From positions 1,558 to 65,557 of the forward strand of contig CAYWTY010000002.1 in NCBI GenBank assembly GCA_964461335.1: 64,000 nt of DNA. The letters are read 5' to 3'. Under the pieces are notes generated by a model. It searched no databases. It saw only the letters and a list, made by a program, of their open reading frames with translations, and had not been told where the DNA came from. Below are positions 19,231 to 27,811 of the stretch, piece after piece. The translations under genes and the position numbers were made by a program. The DNA is from an uncultured Oscillospiraceae bacterium (GTDB lineage Bacteria; Bacillota; Clostridia; Christensenellales; CAG-138). Positions within the stretch are counted from its first letter, which is position 1. Every line of letters starts with the position of its first letter.

Positions 19231-20919
19231 CTACATTCGTTCAGGCGCTTCAAGCCCAATAAGGTTTAGCCCCTGTAAAAGAACAGACTTAACAGCTTCT
19301 GTAAGCGCAAGCCGCGCGTTTTCTAAGGCAGCAGCTTCGCCCAAAATCCGCTGGTTGTAATAAAACTTATTATATGCCTTAGCAAGCGCAATAACAGCGC
19401 GGCTAATGTAGTAAGGCTCATACTTTACGCTAGCTTCGAGGATTGCTTTAGGAAATGCGCTAAGCTGGCGCAGCACATTTAGAGAATCCTCATCGCTGAG
19501 CAAAGTATAGTCGACTTCTGTTCGCTCAAGCCCCTCTGCCTTTCTAAGTACAGCAGAGCAGCGCGCATGGGTGTATTGGGCATAGGGGCCTGTTTCCCCA
19601 TCAAAATTGAGCGCATTTTCATAGCTGAAGACATTATCCTTAATTCGGCTGTTATAGAGTGCGTTGAACACAACTGCGCCTACTCCTACCATTTGCGCAA
19701 CCTTGGGTTTATCCTCAAGCTCAGGAGACTTTTCGCTTATTATTGAAAGCGTTTTTTCAATTGCCCTGTTTAGGACATCCTCAAGGAAAACAACCATGCC
19801 CTTTCGCGTAGAGATTGTACCATTTTGCATGCTTACCATACCAAAAGGCACATGCACGAGTGAGTTTGCCCACTCATAGCCCATAAGCTCTATAACTTTA
19901 AAGCATTGCTTAAAGTGCAGGTTTTGCTGGTAGGCAACAACATAAAGGCATTTTTCAAAATTATATGTATCCTTGCGGTAGAGCGCTGCAGCAATATCAC
20001 GCGTTGCATAAAGCGTTGCACCGTCAGAGCGCAGCACTATACATGGGGGCATATCATAATCTGAAAGCTCTACCAAGTATGCGCCATTATCAAGGCGGAG
20101 CAGGTTTTTATCTTCAAGCTCCTCAATAACCCTGTTCATTTTATCATTATAAAAACTTTCGCCAGCATAGCTGTCAAACTCTATGCCAAGCATTGAATAT
20201 ACACGGCCAACTTCATGGAGCGTAAGCGCCTTAAACCATTCAAAGAGCTTTAGCGCCTCGTCGTCACCATCTTCAATGCGCTTAAACCAAACGCGTGCTT
20301 CATCGTTAAGGCGTTCGTCCTCTTTTGCTTCTTTGTGAAAGCGTACATAAAGCTCAAGCAGCGCGCGTATGGAGTTGCGCTCTACTTCTTCTTTATTGCC
20401 CCAGCGCCTGTAAGCAACAATAAGCTTGCCAAACTGCGTGCCCCAGTCGCCAAGGTGGTTTATGCCTATGCATTTATAGCCCAAATACTCGTAAATGCGG
20501 TAGAGCGAATGCCCTATTACTGTTGAGCTTAAATGGCCTATATGGAACGGTTTTGCAATATTTATTGAGGAGTAGTCTATGCAGATAAACTTGCCCTTGC
20601 CAATGTCTTTTGAGCCATAGCCAGGTTTTCTTATAGCCTCAAGCACAGCTTTTGCAAACTCCTCTTGTTTTATAAAGAAGTTCACATACCCGCCTACAAC
20701 TTCTGTTTTTAAAACAAACTCAGGCAGAGGCGCATGGCAAGCAAAATCCGCTGCAATAGAATTTGGTGATTTCTTAAGTGTTTTTGCAAGCCGAAAACAC
20801 GGAAGCGCAAAATCGCCCATCTCTTGTTCAGGCGGGGTTTCAAGCAAATTTTCTGCTTCTTCAATATCAATTGAGCAATACGCGGCAATCGCTTCGCCAA
20901 GCTTTTTTGAAAAATCCAT
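19231..20919 (-). CDS. argS: arginyl-tRNA synthetase
   Basis: HIGH motif (KPFHIGHLSS) and the C-terminal DALR anticodon-binding region. Start at the ATG at 20919. Confidence 0.93.
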   Translation of the reverse strand: MDFSKKLGEAIAAYCSIDIEEAENLLETPPEQEMGDFALPCFRLAKTLKKSPNSIAADFACHAPLPEFVLKTEVVGGYVNFFIKQEEFAKAVLEAIRKPGYGSKDIGKGKFICIDYSSINIAKPFHIGHLSSTVIGHSLYRIYEYLGYKCIGINHLGDWGTQFGKLIVAYRRWGNKEEVERNSIRALLELYVRFHKEAKEDERLNDEARVWFKRIEDGDDEALKLFEWFKALTLHEVGRVYSMLGIEFDSYAGESFYNDKMNRVIEELEDKNLLRLDNGAYLVELSDYDMPPCIVLRSDGATLYATRDIAAALYRKDTYNFEKCLYVVAYQQNLHFKQCFKVIELMGYEWANSLVHVPFGMVSMQNGTISTRKGMVVFLEDVLNRAIEKTLSIISEKSPELEDKPKVAQMVGVGAVVFNALYNSRIKDNVFSYENALNFDGETGPYAQYTHARCSAVLRKAEGLERTEVDYTLLSDEDSLNVLRQLSAFPKAILEASVKYEPYYISRAVIALAKAYNKFYYNQRILGEAAALENARLALTEAVKSVLLQGLNLIGLEAPERM

Positions 20920-20998
20920 CTTTTCCCCATAGAAAAATATTAATAAAAGTCGCAAGTTTTAGTATAGCAGAGTAAATAAAAAAGCGCAAAACAATTGC

Positions 20999-21838
20999 CT
21001 ACATAAGCGCGTTATAAAGGCTTAGTAGAGTTTTAGGCAAAAGCGCCTCTGCACGGCAGGCAGTATCAAGCCCAAGCAAAGAAAGTGCTTGCTGAATTTG
21101 CTCTTCGCTGTAGTAATTTATAAGGTTGTTGAATAGAGTCTTTCTTCGCATTGAAAAGGCAAGTTTAAGAAAAGCGAGAAAACCCTTTTGCGGCAGGGGA
21201 GGGGGCTTTTGTTCAAGGAGCACAACTGCAGAGCGAACCTTGGGCTGCGGGTAAAAAGAGGATGGCGGAAGCTGCATAAGGCGCCTTGCGTTGTAGGCGC
21301 TATTAGCGGCTATTGTAAGCGGGCCATATGCGCGCTCAGTCGGGTTTGCAAAAAAGCGGTCTGCAGCTTCAAGCTGGAGCATAAGCGCCATGCGGCAAAT
21401 TGGAAGCTCTGAACTTAAAAGCTTATACATAATAGGCGAAGTGATTGCATAGGGCAGGTTGCCCGCAACAAGAAACGGGCGGTTCCCAAGCTCTTTATAA
21501 AGGCATGAAAAGTCTTGTTTAAGGAAGTCGCCTGTAAGCACTTTTAGGTTTTTATGCGGATAAGCTGCTTTTAGCGCGCATGAGAGCACATCATCAAGCT
21601 CAACAGCAACAACTCTTTCTGCGCGTAAAATAAGCGCTTCTGTAAGGCTCCCAAGCCCAGGGCCGATTTCAAGCACAGCTTGCCCAGCCGGGTTAAGCGC
21701 ATTAATAATTTCATCGCGCTTAGCTTCATCAATTAGGAAGTTTTGTGAAAGCGAGCGCTTTGGCATAATGCCAAGGCAGCTTAGGCGCTCGCGCACACCA
21801 GCTGCGCTTACAAGTTTTGTGCTAAAAACATCTGTCAT
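20999..21838 (-). CDS. rsmA: 16S rRNA (adenine1518/1519-N6)-dimethyltransferase
   Basis: QNFLID and the SAM motif VLEIGPGLGSLT. Confidence 0.9.
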   Translation of the reverse strand: MTDVFSTKLVSAAGVRERLSCLGIMPKRSLSQNFLIDEAKRDEIINALNPAGQAVLEIGPGLGSLTEALILRAERVVAVELDDVLSCALKAAYPHKNLKVLTGDFLKQDFSCLYKELGNRPFLVAGNLPYAITSPIMYKLLSSELPICRMALMLQLEAADRFFANPTERAYGPLTIAANSAYNARRLMQLPPSSFYPQPKVRSAVVLLEQKPPPLPQKGFLAFLKLAFSMRRKTLFNNLINYYSEEQIQQALSLLGLDTACRAEALLPKTLLSLYNALM

Positions 21839-23031
21839 TTGAGTATTTGAATTGCAACATTATATTTTCTGCCCCATTTAAGGCATTCGCGTTTAGTGTT
21901 CATAAAAACATCAACTTGGTTTCTGTCGCCTTTGTGTGCGCCAAAAGCGCCCGTATCCTGTGCAATGCAATAGCCGTAGCCCGGGATATAGAGCTTTGTG
22001 CCGTAGGGTATAAGGTTTGTGTTTACTGCAACATAGCCGATTTTTGGCCACCTGCCTGTTGCTGTGCGGCGGCCTGTGTGCGTGTATGCTGTAATTTCAC
22101 TAATTTGAATAGTTGAATGTACCTGCTCCTTTGTAGGCGCAGGGCGCCACTCGCGCTCATCGCCAGTTAGACTCGTTTGGAATTTTGTTTTTGTGCCTAC
22201 AACCGTTACTCTGTCTACAGCTGCTTTTAGTATAATTTGGTTCATAACTTCGCGTGACGTTAGCTCGCCGTCTTTATATACAAGCTCGCGCACAACGAGC
22301 TTTTCGCCGTCTTCGCCTTCAGTTTTAAGTATCGGCTCCTGATAGGGTGGCTTATAGCGCGAATTGTCGCGGATAATCTGCTCTTTGCATACAATGGTTT
22401 TGTTTACTGTTTCGTATTCCTTACGCACATCTAGGTGGCGGATGCGCATCCCAGGCGCAACATCTTCAAACGGCAAGCGCGTAAGCTCATCCTCAGCATC
22501 ATAGCTTACCCCTGCACGCTCAAGCGCCTCGCCTACTGTACCCTCATGCATTGACAAAAGCGTGACTTTGCCTGCTGAAGCAACAGCAACAGGGAAGCTG
22601 CTTTTTATTGTGAGCCTCATATCTTTAATAAGCGCAGATGTTGGCTCATAATTCATAGAATCCGACTCTAAAAGCGTAATTGCATTATTTTTTAAAAGCG
22701 CTGAAACTGAATCTGCTTTTGTAAGAACCTTATGCTCGCGGCCTTTATAAACTAAGGTAACAGGTATAGATGTGTCGCTAAATAAAAGCGCCCACCCCAA
22801 AAATGCGGCAGAAAGCAAAATTGAGGAAATTAGAAGCAAAGCTACATGCTGCGGCATAGCTTCATATGCGGGCGCTGTCTCTACGCCTTTAGCTGAAGGC
22901 TTAAAGATATTTAATATATACGCCTTAAGCATTTTTGCGCTTTTAAACAAAGGCTCTATGCCTTGTTGCCTTAGCTTTACCTTTTTAGGTTTTAATGGCG
23001 CTTTTACGCGCCCAAAATGCGGTGCTTTCAT
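21835..23031 (-). CDS. YabE-like protein (DUF348 / G5 / 3D domains)
   Basis: TM anchor, a G5-like segment, and a C-terminal 3D domain (GTKLYIPGYGYCIAQDTG). Synteny with rsmA. Confidence 0.7.
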   Translation of the reverse strand: MKAPHFGRVKAPLKPKKVKLRQQGIEPLFKSAKMLKAYILNIFKPSAKGVETAPAYEAMPQHVALLLISSILLSAAFLGWALLFSDTSIPVTLVYKGREHKVLTKADSVSALLKNNAITLLESDSMNYEPTSALIKDMRLTIKSSFPVAVASAGKVTLLSMHEGTVGEALERAGVSYDAEDELTRLPFEDVAPGMRIRHLDVRKEYETVNKTIVCKEQIIRDNSRYKPPYQEPILKTEGEDGEKLVVRELVYKDGELTSREVMNQIILKAAVDRVTVVGTKTKFQTSLTGDEREWRPAPTKEQVHSTIQISEITAYTHTGRRTATGRWPKIGYVAVNTNLIPYGTKLYIPGYGYCIAQDTGAFGAHKGDRNQVDVFMNTKRECLKWGRKYNVAIQILK

Positions 23032-23066
23032 ATATTGCCTGCTTCTTTTAAACTTGGCTTAATGCT

Positions 23067-23594
23067 TCACTCATGCAAAAGCCTGTCTAAAAGCTCCTGA
23101 TAAACCCCCTGCGCTTTATTTGGCCAGGCGTCGCATGCAGCTTGAGCAAGCGCTGCAGTCGGGAACTCAAGCGAGAGGCTCAGCATGTTCTTTTGCTTGT
23201 CCATCAGCTTAAAAAGCGCTAAATACCCGCCGTCAGGGAGCCTTGTCTGGCTTGCATGAAACTGCGCCCTTTCTTTAATAAGCGTGCGGTTTCCGCTTGC
23301 TAAAGCTTCGAGCTTTTTGCGGAGCGAGTGGGGGAGATTTTCACGAAAGAGCGAGAGCATCTCAGCCCCTTTTTGCGATACACGGTACCCCTGGCCAAAT
23401 GCCATAGGGATTGCCGCAACATGCGCATCCTCTTCAAGCTCTGATAAAAGCGATTGAAAATCGAAGTAATCCATAAGCCCTTGTTCAGCAAATACTTTAA
23501 AGAATTCGTTGCGCGTAAGCTCAAAATCCACTTCATTTAGGAAATACAGGAGCATGAGTTTTTTTCGTTCGTCTCCGTGTGAAAAGTATGGCAT
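23067..23594 (-). CDS. DUF4364-like protein (putative regulator)
   Basis: 175 aa. The N-terminus KLMLLYFLNEVDFELTRNEF resembles the clostridial DUF4364 family. Recognised from memory only. Confidence 0.4.
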   Translation of the reverse strand: MPYFSHGDERKKLMLLYFLNEVDFELTRNEFFKVFAEQGLMDYFDFQSLLSELEEDAHVAAIPMAFGQGYRVSQKGAEMLSLFRENLPHSLRKKLEALASGNRTLIKERAQFHASQTRLPDGGYLALFKLMDKQKNMLSLSLEFPTAALAQAACDAWPNKAQGVYQELLDRLLHE

Positions 23595-23662
23595 ATAATC
23601 ACCGCCCTGTTAAAGTATAGCATATGAAGGGCTGCTTAGCGAGAGCAGCCTCAATTTACCGC

Positions 23663-23690
23663 TTGCAAAAAGGGCCTCTTTATGTATAAT
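23663..23690 (+). promoter_or_regulatory. strong sigma-A promoter of the tRNA-Val / sRNA / tRNA-Gln unit
   Basis: TTGCAA, 16 nt, (aTG)TATAAT. The -10 box ends about 35 nt before tRNA-Val. Confidence 0.55.
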
Positions 23691-23725
23691 AGAAAGTGCA
23701 CCTTGCGTAATATAAAACAGGTCAA

Positions 23726-23802
23726 GGGGTTATAGCTCAGCTGGTCAGAGCGCTACGTTGACATCGTAGAGGCCGTTGGTTCGATCCCAACTAATCCCAC
23801 CA
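23726..23802 (+). tRNA. tRNA-Val (anticodon GAC)
   Basis: Cloverleaf read by hand: acceptor ggggtta/taatccc, anticodon arm ctacg-ttGACat-cgtag, T-loop ggttcgatcc, encoded CCA. Confidence 0.9.
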
Positions 23803-23803
23803 T

Positions 23804-23978
23804 AATCCTATGGTGTGCGTCACGTCCCGGTTATAAACCCACAGAGTGACGTCGGGAGCACGCGTCGGCGCTCCCAGCTCAGGCGGTTTTCCGCAAAGAG
23901 CTGCAACGCCGCAGCGCACCCACCTGCCGAGAGGCGGGTGTTATAACAAGGCGAACGGCACCACGGGATTATTTTTTT
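23804..23978 (+). ncRNA. GC-rich structured RNA between two tRNAs (6S-like rod; unclassified)
   Basis: The 5' end aatcctatggtgtgc pairs with the 3' end ggcaccacgggatt. Internal hairpins are gggagc..gctccc, agctc-a-ggcgg-tttt-ccgc-aaa-gagct and acctgcc-GAGA-ggcgggt. It ends in T7. No ORF. See the findings. Confidence 0.45.
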
Positions 23979-23989
23979 AGATTTTTTAT

Positions 23990-24063
23990 TGCGGAATTGT
24001 GTAATGGTAGCACCTACGACTCTGACTCGTATTGTCTAGGTTCAAATCCTAGTTCCGCAGCCA
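23990..24063 (+). tRNA. tRNA-Gln (anticodon CTG)
   Basis: U1-A72 acceptor tgcggaa/ttccgca, discriminator G, anticodon arm tacga-ctCTGac-tcgta, T-loop ggttcaaatcc, encoded CCA. Confidence 0.9.
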
Positions 24064-24277
24064 AAATGTAAGTCTTGAAACCTTTGTGTTTTAGGGCTTT
24101 TTTTATGCTTCCCCATATGTATTTTGGGTTACACTTATCTGCCCTTTTTGTTGATGTTCTTTATAAGTTTGCGCATACGGACGGTGCATTTTACTTGTTA
24201 GATTTTTTGAGGTATCGAAAAAGCAGAAATAAAGGCATAGCCGATACAGCTATACCTTTTTGGCAGCGGGTAGTAGT

Positions 24278-24598
24278 TTAATTGCCCAATGTAACAATAT
24301 TATACCGTTCTGGCAACGATGCATCCGCTTGAACCATGGACATTATGCGCCTTGCGGGGCCATCCGGCATGTTGCGCCCAGACTCCCAAGCTTCAACCGT
24401 CTTTTGAGATACGCCCATAAAACCAGCAAAAGATGCTTGCGTCATTTTTAAGCTATTCCTAATCTGCTTGATTTCTTCGGATTTATATTCCTTTATTGGA
24501 GCTATGGCAATCTTCGTTGTCTTTAGTTTTCGCTTGCCCTCAGCATGTTCCAGGGCTTGTGTTAAACCTTCCATAATTCCATTATATACGTTTTCCAT
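24278..24598 (-). CDS. higA: HigA-2-type antitoxin (XRE-family HTH)
   Basis: IKQIRNSLKMTQASFAGFMGVSQKTVEAWESGRNMPDGPARRIM closely follows the HigA-2 pattern (..LSQ..FA..LGVS..T...WEQGRR.P.GPA). It lies 2 nt downstream of the toxin gene. Confidence 0.75.
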   Translation of the reverse strand: MENVYNGIMEGLTQALEHAEGKRKLKTTKIAIAPIKEYKSEEIKQIRNSLKMTQASFAGFMGVSQKTVEAWESGRNMPDGPARRIMSMVQADASLPERYNIVTLGN

Positions 24599-24600
24599 AT

Positions 24601-24945
24601 TTACACCTCCTGTTCCAATGCCCTTTCAAGCGCTTCTATTATTTTTTTGAAGTCATTCGCTTGTTTTTTTGTTAGGTTATCCTTCTCACCTTTTGTGTAT
24701 GCATATATTAGATAGATGGTTTCCACCATTAGAAAATCTACATAGGTTACCCGGGCGCTTCCGCGCTTTCCCTGCCCTTCAAACGCAAATCGCATTTTTC
24801 TAAGCCGACCAGTACCAGGAATCACTTTGCCGATTTTAGGATTATCAAGGATCTCTTGCTGCAATCGGTTAAGATCATTATCCGTTAGCCCCATGTTCTT
24901 CCACTGCTGCTCAAAAGCTTCCGCCATAACAAACTCACGTTGCAT
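24601..24945 (-). CDS. higB: HigB-2 / RelE-superfamily toxin
   Basis: LDNPKIGKVIPGTGRLRKMRFAFEGQGKRGSARVTYV...IYLIYAYTKGEKDNL matches the HigB-2 signature (NP.LGDVI.GTGGLRK.R....GKGKRGG.R.IYY...YLLT.Y.K.E..DL). Toxin-first gene order. Confidence 0.75.
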   Translation of the reverse strand: MQREFVMAEAFEQQWKNMGLTDNDLNRLQQEILDNPKIGKVIPGTGRLRKMRFAFEGQGKRGSARVTYVDFLMVETIYLIYAYTKGEKDNLTKKQANDFKKIIEALERALEQEV

Positions 24946-25143
24946 GCAGCCACCTATCTTCCTATATTTATATTACCCTACCAGATAGGGTGTGTCAATC
25001 AAATTTTCTACCTTCAATAAACATTTTCATTTGATACGGGTTATAGATGTATACCCACACCAGCGTGAACGATGAGGTAGAGATTACATGGGTATGAATT
25101 GAGGTGGGATGGAAGGGATAACTCATCAGCCCGTGTAAACACG

Positions 25144-25167
25144 GAAAAGCCCCAGCTTAGGGGCTTT
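25144..25167 (-). terminator. probable terminator of tdh-kbl
   Basis: aagcccc-taagct-ggggctt followed by tttt on the minus strand, 20 nt after the kbl stop. Confidence 0.5.
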
Positions 25168-25185
25168 AAGCGTTTATAGGCTCGA

Positions 25186-26367
25186 CTACACCCCAAGCTC
25201 CTCTTTTACTTCTTTAAAGCATTTTAGGGCAAAGTCAAGCTCATCTATGCTGTGGGCAGCTGAAACCTGTGTGCGTATACGCGCCTTGCCCATTGGCACA
25301 ACAGGGTAGCTAAAGCCAATTACATATACGCCCTTTTCCAACATTCGCTCTGCAAATGCAGAAGCGAGCTTTGCCTCATAAAGCATAACAGGCACAATTG
25401 GGTGCTCGCCTTTAAGCACATCAAGCCCTATGTTTTCAAGCCCTTTGCGAAAATGCGCTGTATTGGTTTTAAGCTTATTTATAAGCGTCTTATCCTCTTC
25501 AAGAAGTTCAAGCGCTTTAAGAGAAGCTTCGCAAATTGCAGGCGCGAGCGCGTTTGAAAACAGATATGGTCTTGAGCGCTGCCTTAAAAGTTCAGTTATA
25601 ACCTTGTTGGCTGCTGTAAAGCCGCCGCTTGCTCCGCCTAACGCCTTGCCGAGGGTACTTGTTAAAATATCTATTCTGCCTATAACGCCGCAGTGTTCAG
25701 GTGTGCCGCGGCCATCTTCGCCCATAAAGCCTGACGCGTGGCTATCATCAACCATAACAAGCGCGCCAAACTCATCCGCAAGGTCAGAAATACCTTTTAG
25801 GTTTGCAATATAGCCATCCATGCTAAAGACGCCATCAGTAACAATAAGCATAAGGCGGCTTTCTTTTGCTGCTTCAAGCTGTTCGCGTAGCGAGTGCATA
25901 TTATTGTTTTTATAGCGGAACCGCTTTGCCTTGCTAAGCCGAATGCCATCTATTATGCTTGCGTGGTTAAGCTCGTCTGATATTATTGCATCCTCCTCGC
26001 CCAAAAGCGTTTCAAAAAGGCCGCCGTTTGCATCAAAGCAGCTTGAATAGAGCACAACATCCTCCATTTTGAGGAAGCCTGCAAGCTTATGCTCAAGCTC
26101 TTTGTGTACGCCTTGAGTTCCGCATATAAAGCGGACGGATGAAAGCCCGAACCCCCATTTGTCGTAGCTTTGCTTAGCTGCTTCAATAAGCGCTATATGG
26201 TCGCTTAGCCCTAAATAATTGTTCGCGCACATATTTATAACAGCATTTGTATTAGTTGTGTTTATGCGGCTGTTTTGCGCAGATGTTAGCACGCGCTCAG
26301 TTTTATATGTGCCTGCCTCGCGGATTTCTTCAAGAACGGATTTAAAGACTTCGTATGCCTTTTTCAT
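25186..26367 (-). CDS. kbl: glycine C-acetyltransferase (2-amino-3-ketobutyrate CoA ligase)
   Basis: Alpha-oxoamine synthase motifs [11 protein letters not shown] and [10 protein letters not shown] (PLP lysine). Paired with tdh. Start at the ATG at 26367. Confidence 0.9.
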   Translation of the reverse strand: MKKAYEVFKSVLEEIREAGTYKTERVLTSAQNSRINTTNTNAVINMCANNYLGLSDHIALIEAAKQSYDKWGFGLSSVRFICGTQGVHKELEHKLAGFLKMEDVVLYSSCFDANGGLFETLLGEEDAIISDELNHASIIDGIRLSKAKRFRYKNNNMHSLREQLEAAKESRLMLIVTDGVFSMDGYIANLKGISDLADEFGALVMVDDSHASGFMGEDGRGTPEHCGVIGRIDILTSTLGKALGGASGGFTAANKVITELLRQRSRPYLFSNALAPAICEASLKALELLEEDKTLINKLKTNTAHFRKGLENIGLDVLKGEHPIVPVMLYEAKLASAFAERMLEKGVYVIGFSYPVVPMGKARIRTQVSAAHSIDELDFALKCFKEVKEELGV

Positions 26368-26377
26368 GGTTTTCCTC

Positions 26378-27418
26378 CTAATCAAAGCTGAGTATTACCT
26401 TGCCGCTGTTCCCCTCGTTCATAGCTTCAAACCCCTTTTCAAACTCCGTATAATGGAAGCGGTGGGTTATAACAGGCGTTAAATCAAGCCCTGCTTGAAT
26501 CATTGCAAGCATCCTGTACCACGTTTCGTACATACGCCTGCCGTATATGCCCTGAAGCGTAAGCCCCTTGAATATAACATCGTTCCAGTCAATTATAGTA
26601 TTTGGCCCTAAAATACCAAGAAGCGAGACCTTGCCGCCATTTCGCATAGATTTTAAAAGCTGATTTAGCGCAGCAGAACTACCGCTCATTTCAAGGGCAA
26701 CATCAAAGCCTTCAACAAGGTGCTGCTCGTGCATAGCATCCTCTAAACTATCGCGCTTTAAGTTCACAGCTGCGTGCGCGCCCATGCGCTTTGCGATATT
26801 TAGCCTATAATCGTTAATATCAGTAATTATTACCCTGCGCGCCCCGTTTTGCCTGCAGATTGCAACAGCCATCAAACCTATTGGGCCTGCGCCTGTTATT
26901 AAAACATCCTCGCCTACAACATCAAACATTGTAGCTGCATGCGTTGCATTGCCGTATGCGTCAAAAAAGGATATGGTTTCTTCATCATAGCCGCGGTTTT
27001 CTGGTATGACTATTACATTTGTAGCAGGTATGCAAAGGTATTCTGCAAACGCACCATCCCTATTTACGCCCACACCACTTGTAAACTTGCACCATTGCCC
27101 ATTGCCTGCCCTGCAGTTGCGGCACCTGCCGCAAACAATATGCCCTTCGCCGCTTACAAGCTCGCCTTCATATAAGCCTTTAACACCAGGACCAAGCTCT
27201 GCAATTTCGCCTACATACTCATGCCCTATAACAAGCGGCGGCTTAATAGTGTGCTTACTCCATTCATCCCAATTGTAAATATGCAAATCTGTTCCGCAAA
27301 TTGCAGCTTTGCGGATTTTAATGAGCACTTCGCCTATCCCGGGCTCTGGTACCTTAACCCTGCCAAGCGAAAGCCCCCTTTCCGGGCGCTCCTTAATCAG
27401 CGCGTCCATCATGCGCAT
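26378..27418 (-). CDS. tdh: L-threonine 3-dehydrogenase
   Basis: Zn-ADH motifs GHEYVGEI and the structural-Zn Cys cluster [10 protein letters not shown], plus a Rossmann motif ITGAGPIGL. Confidence 0.9.
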   Translation of the reverse strand: MRMMDALIKERPERGLSLGRVKVPEPGIGEVLIKIRKAAICGTDLHIYNWDEWSKHTIKPPLVIGHEYVGEIAELGPGVKGLYEGELVSGEGHIVCGRCRNCRAGNGQWCKFTSGVGVNRDGAFAEYLCIPATNVIVIPENRGYDEETISFFDAYGNATHAATMFDVVGEDVLITGAGPIGLMAVAICRQNGARRVIITDINDYRLNIAKRMGAHAAVNLKRDSLEDAMHEQHLVEGFDVALEMSGSSAALNQLLKSMRNGGKVSLLGILGPNTIIDWNDVIFKGLTLQGIYGRRMYETWYRMLAMIQAGLDLTPVITHRFHYTEFEKGFEAMNEGNSGKVILSFD

Positions 27419-27459
27419 TTATAACCCCCCTTTGCGCAAAAATACGAAGCTTTTGTTAA

Positions 27460-27620
27460 GGAGACGCTGATTAATTCGGAAACGCCGCCTTGGCGGCTAT
27501 TTTTGTGCCCTGCTGTGTCGCTAAAATCTCAAAATAGCTCTACTATTCTTTCGATTTTGCTCCTTGCAGGACTCAAAATTTTCTCGCCAATACGTCACTC
27601 CTCATTTAATCAGTGTCTCC
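27460..27620. repeat. MITE-like foldback repeat, copy 2 (161 bp)
   Basis: TIRs ggagacgctgattaa / ttaatcagtgtctcc (14 of 15 complementary). Near-identical interior to copy 1. It lies 42 nt upstream of the tdh start codon. Confidence 0.65.
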
Positions 27621-27707
27621 CTTTAAATAATATATTTAACTGTTTGTAATAGTATCCCACCTTGTACGCCTCTCGTCAATCAAAGGTAAGTTGAAAAAGT
27701 TGGTGCA

Positions 27708-27810
27708 GCCGCCGGCTGCATGCTCGCGCATGCCCCCGGCAAACAGGCGCCCAAGGCTCCCGCCTTGGGCGACCGTTTGCCGGGGCTTCCCTTCGGGAAG
27801 AGCCGGCGGC
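27708..27810 (-). other. GC-rich four-way-junction element directly after the ogg stop codon
   Basis: On the minus strand an outer 9-bp helix GCCGCCGGC/GCCGGCGGC encloses three hairpins: CUUCC-CGAAG-GGAAG-type; a 21-bp CCCCGGCAAAC..CGCCCAAGGC-GGGA-GCCUUGGGCG..GUUUGCCGGGG; and GCAUGC-GCGA-GCAUGC. U5 follows 9 nt after the outer helix. Confidence 0.5.
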
Positions 27811-27811
27811 C

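Noticed and set aside
18665-19360. 231-aa plus-strand ORF.
   Set aside because: It is antisense to the serS N-terminal coiled coil and the argS 3' end. The product is Ser-rich, and both sense genes are unambiguous.
24064-24277. Possible att duplication of the tRNA-Gln 3' end or an integrase remnant delimiting the HigBA islet. ORF 24075-24281 was also considered.
   Set aside because: No repeat of the tRNA 3' segment was found between 24064 and 25185. The 68-aa TTG-initiated ORF has no RBS or recognisable features.
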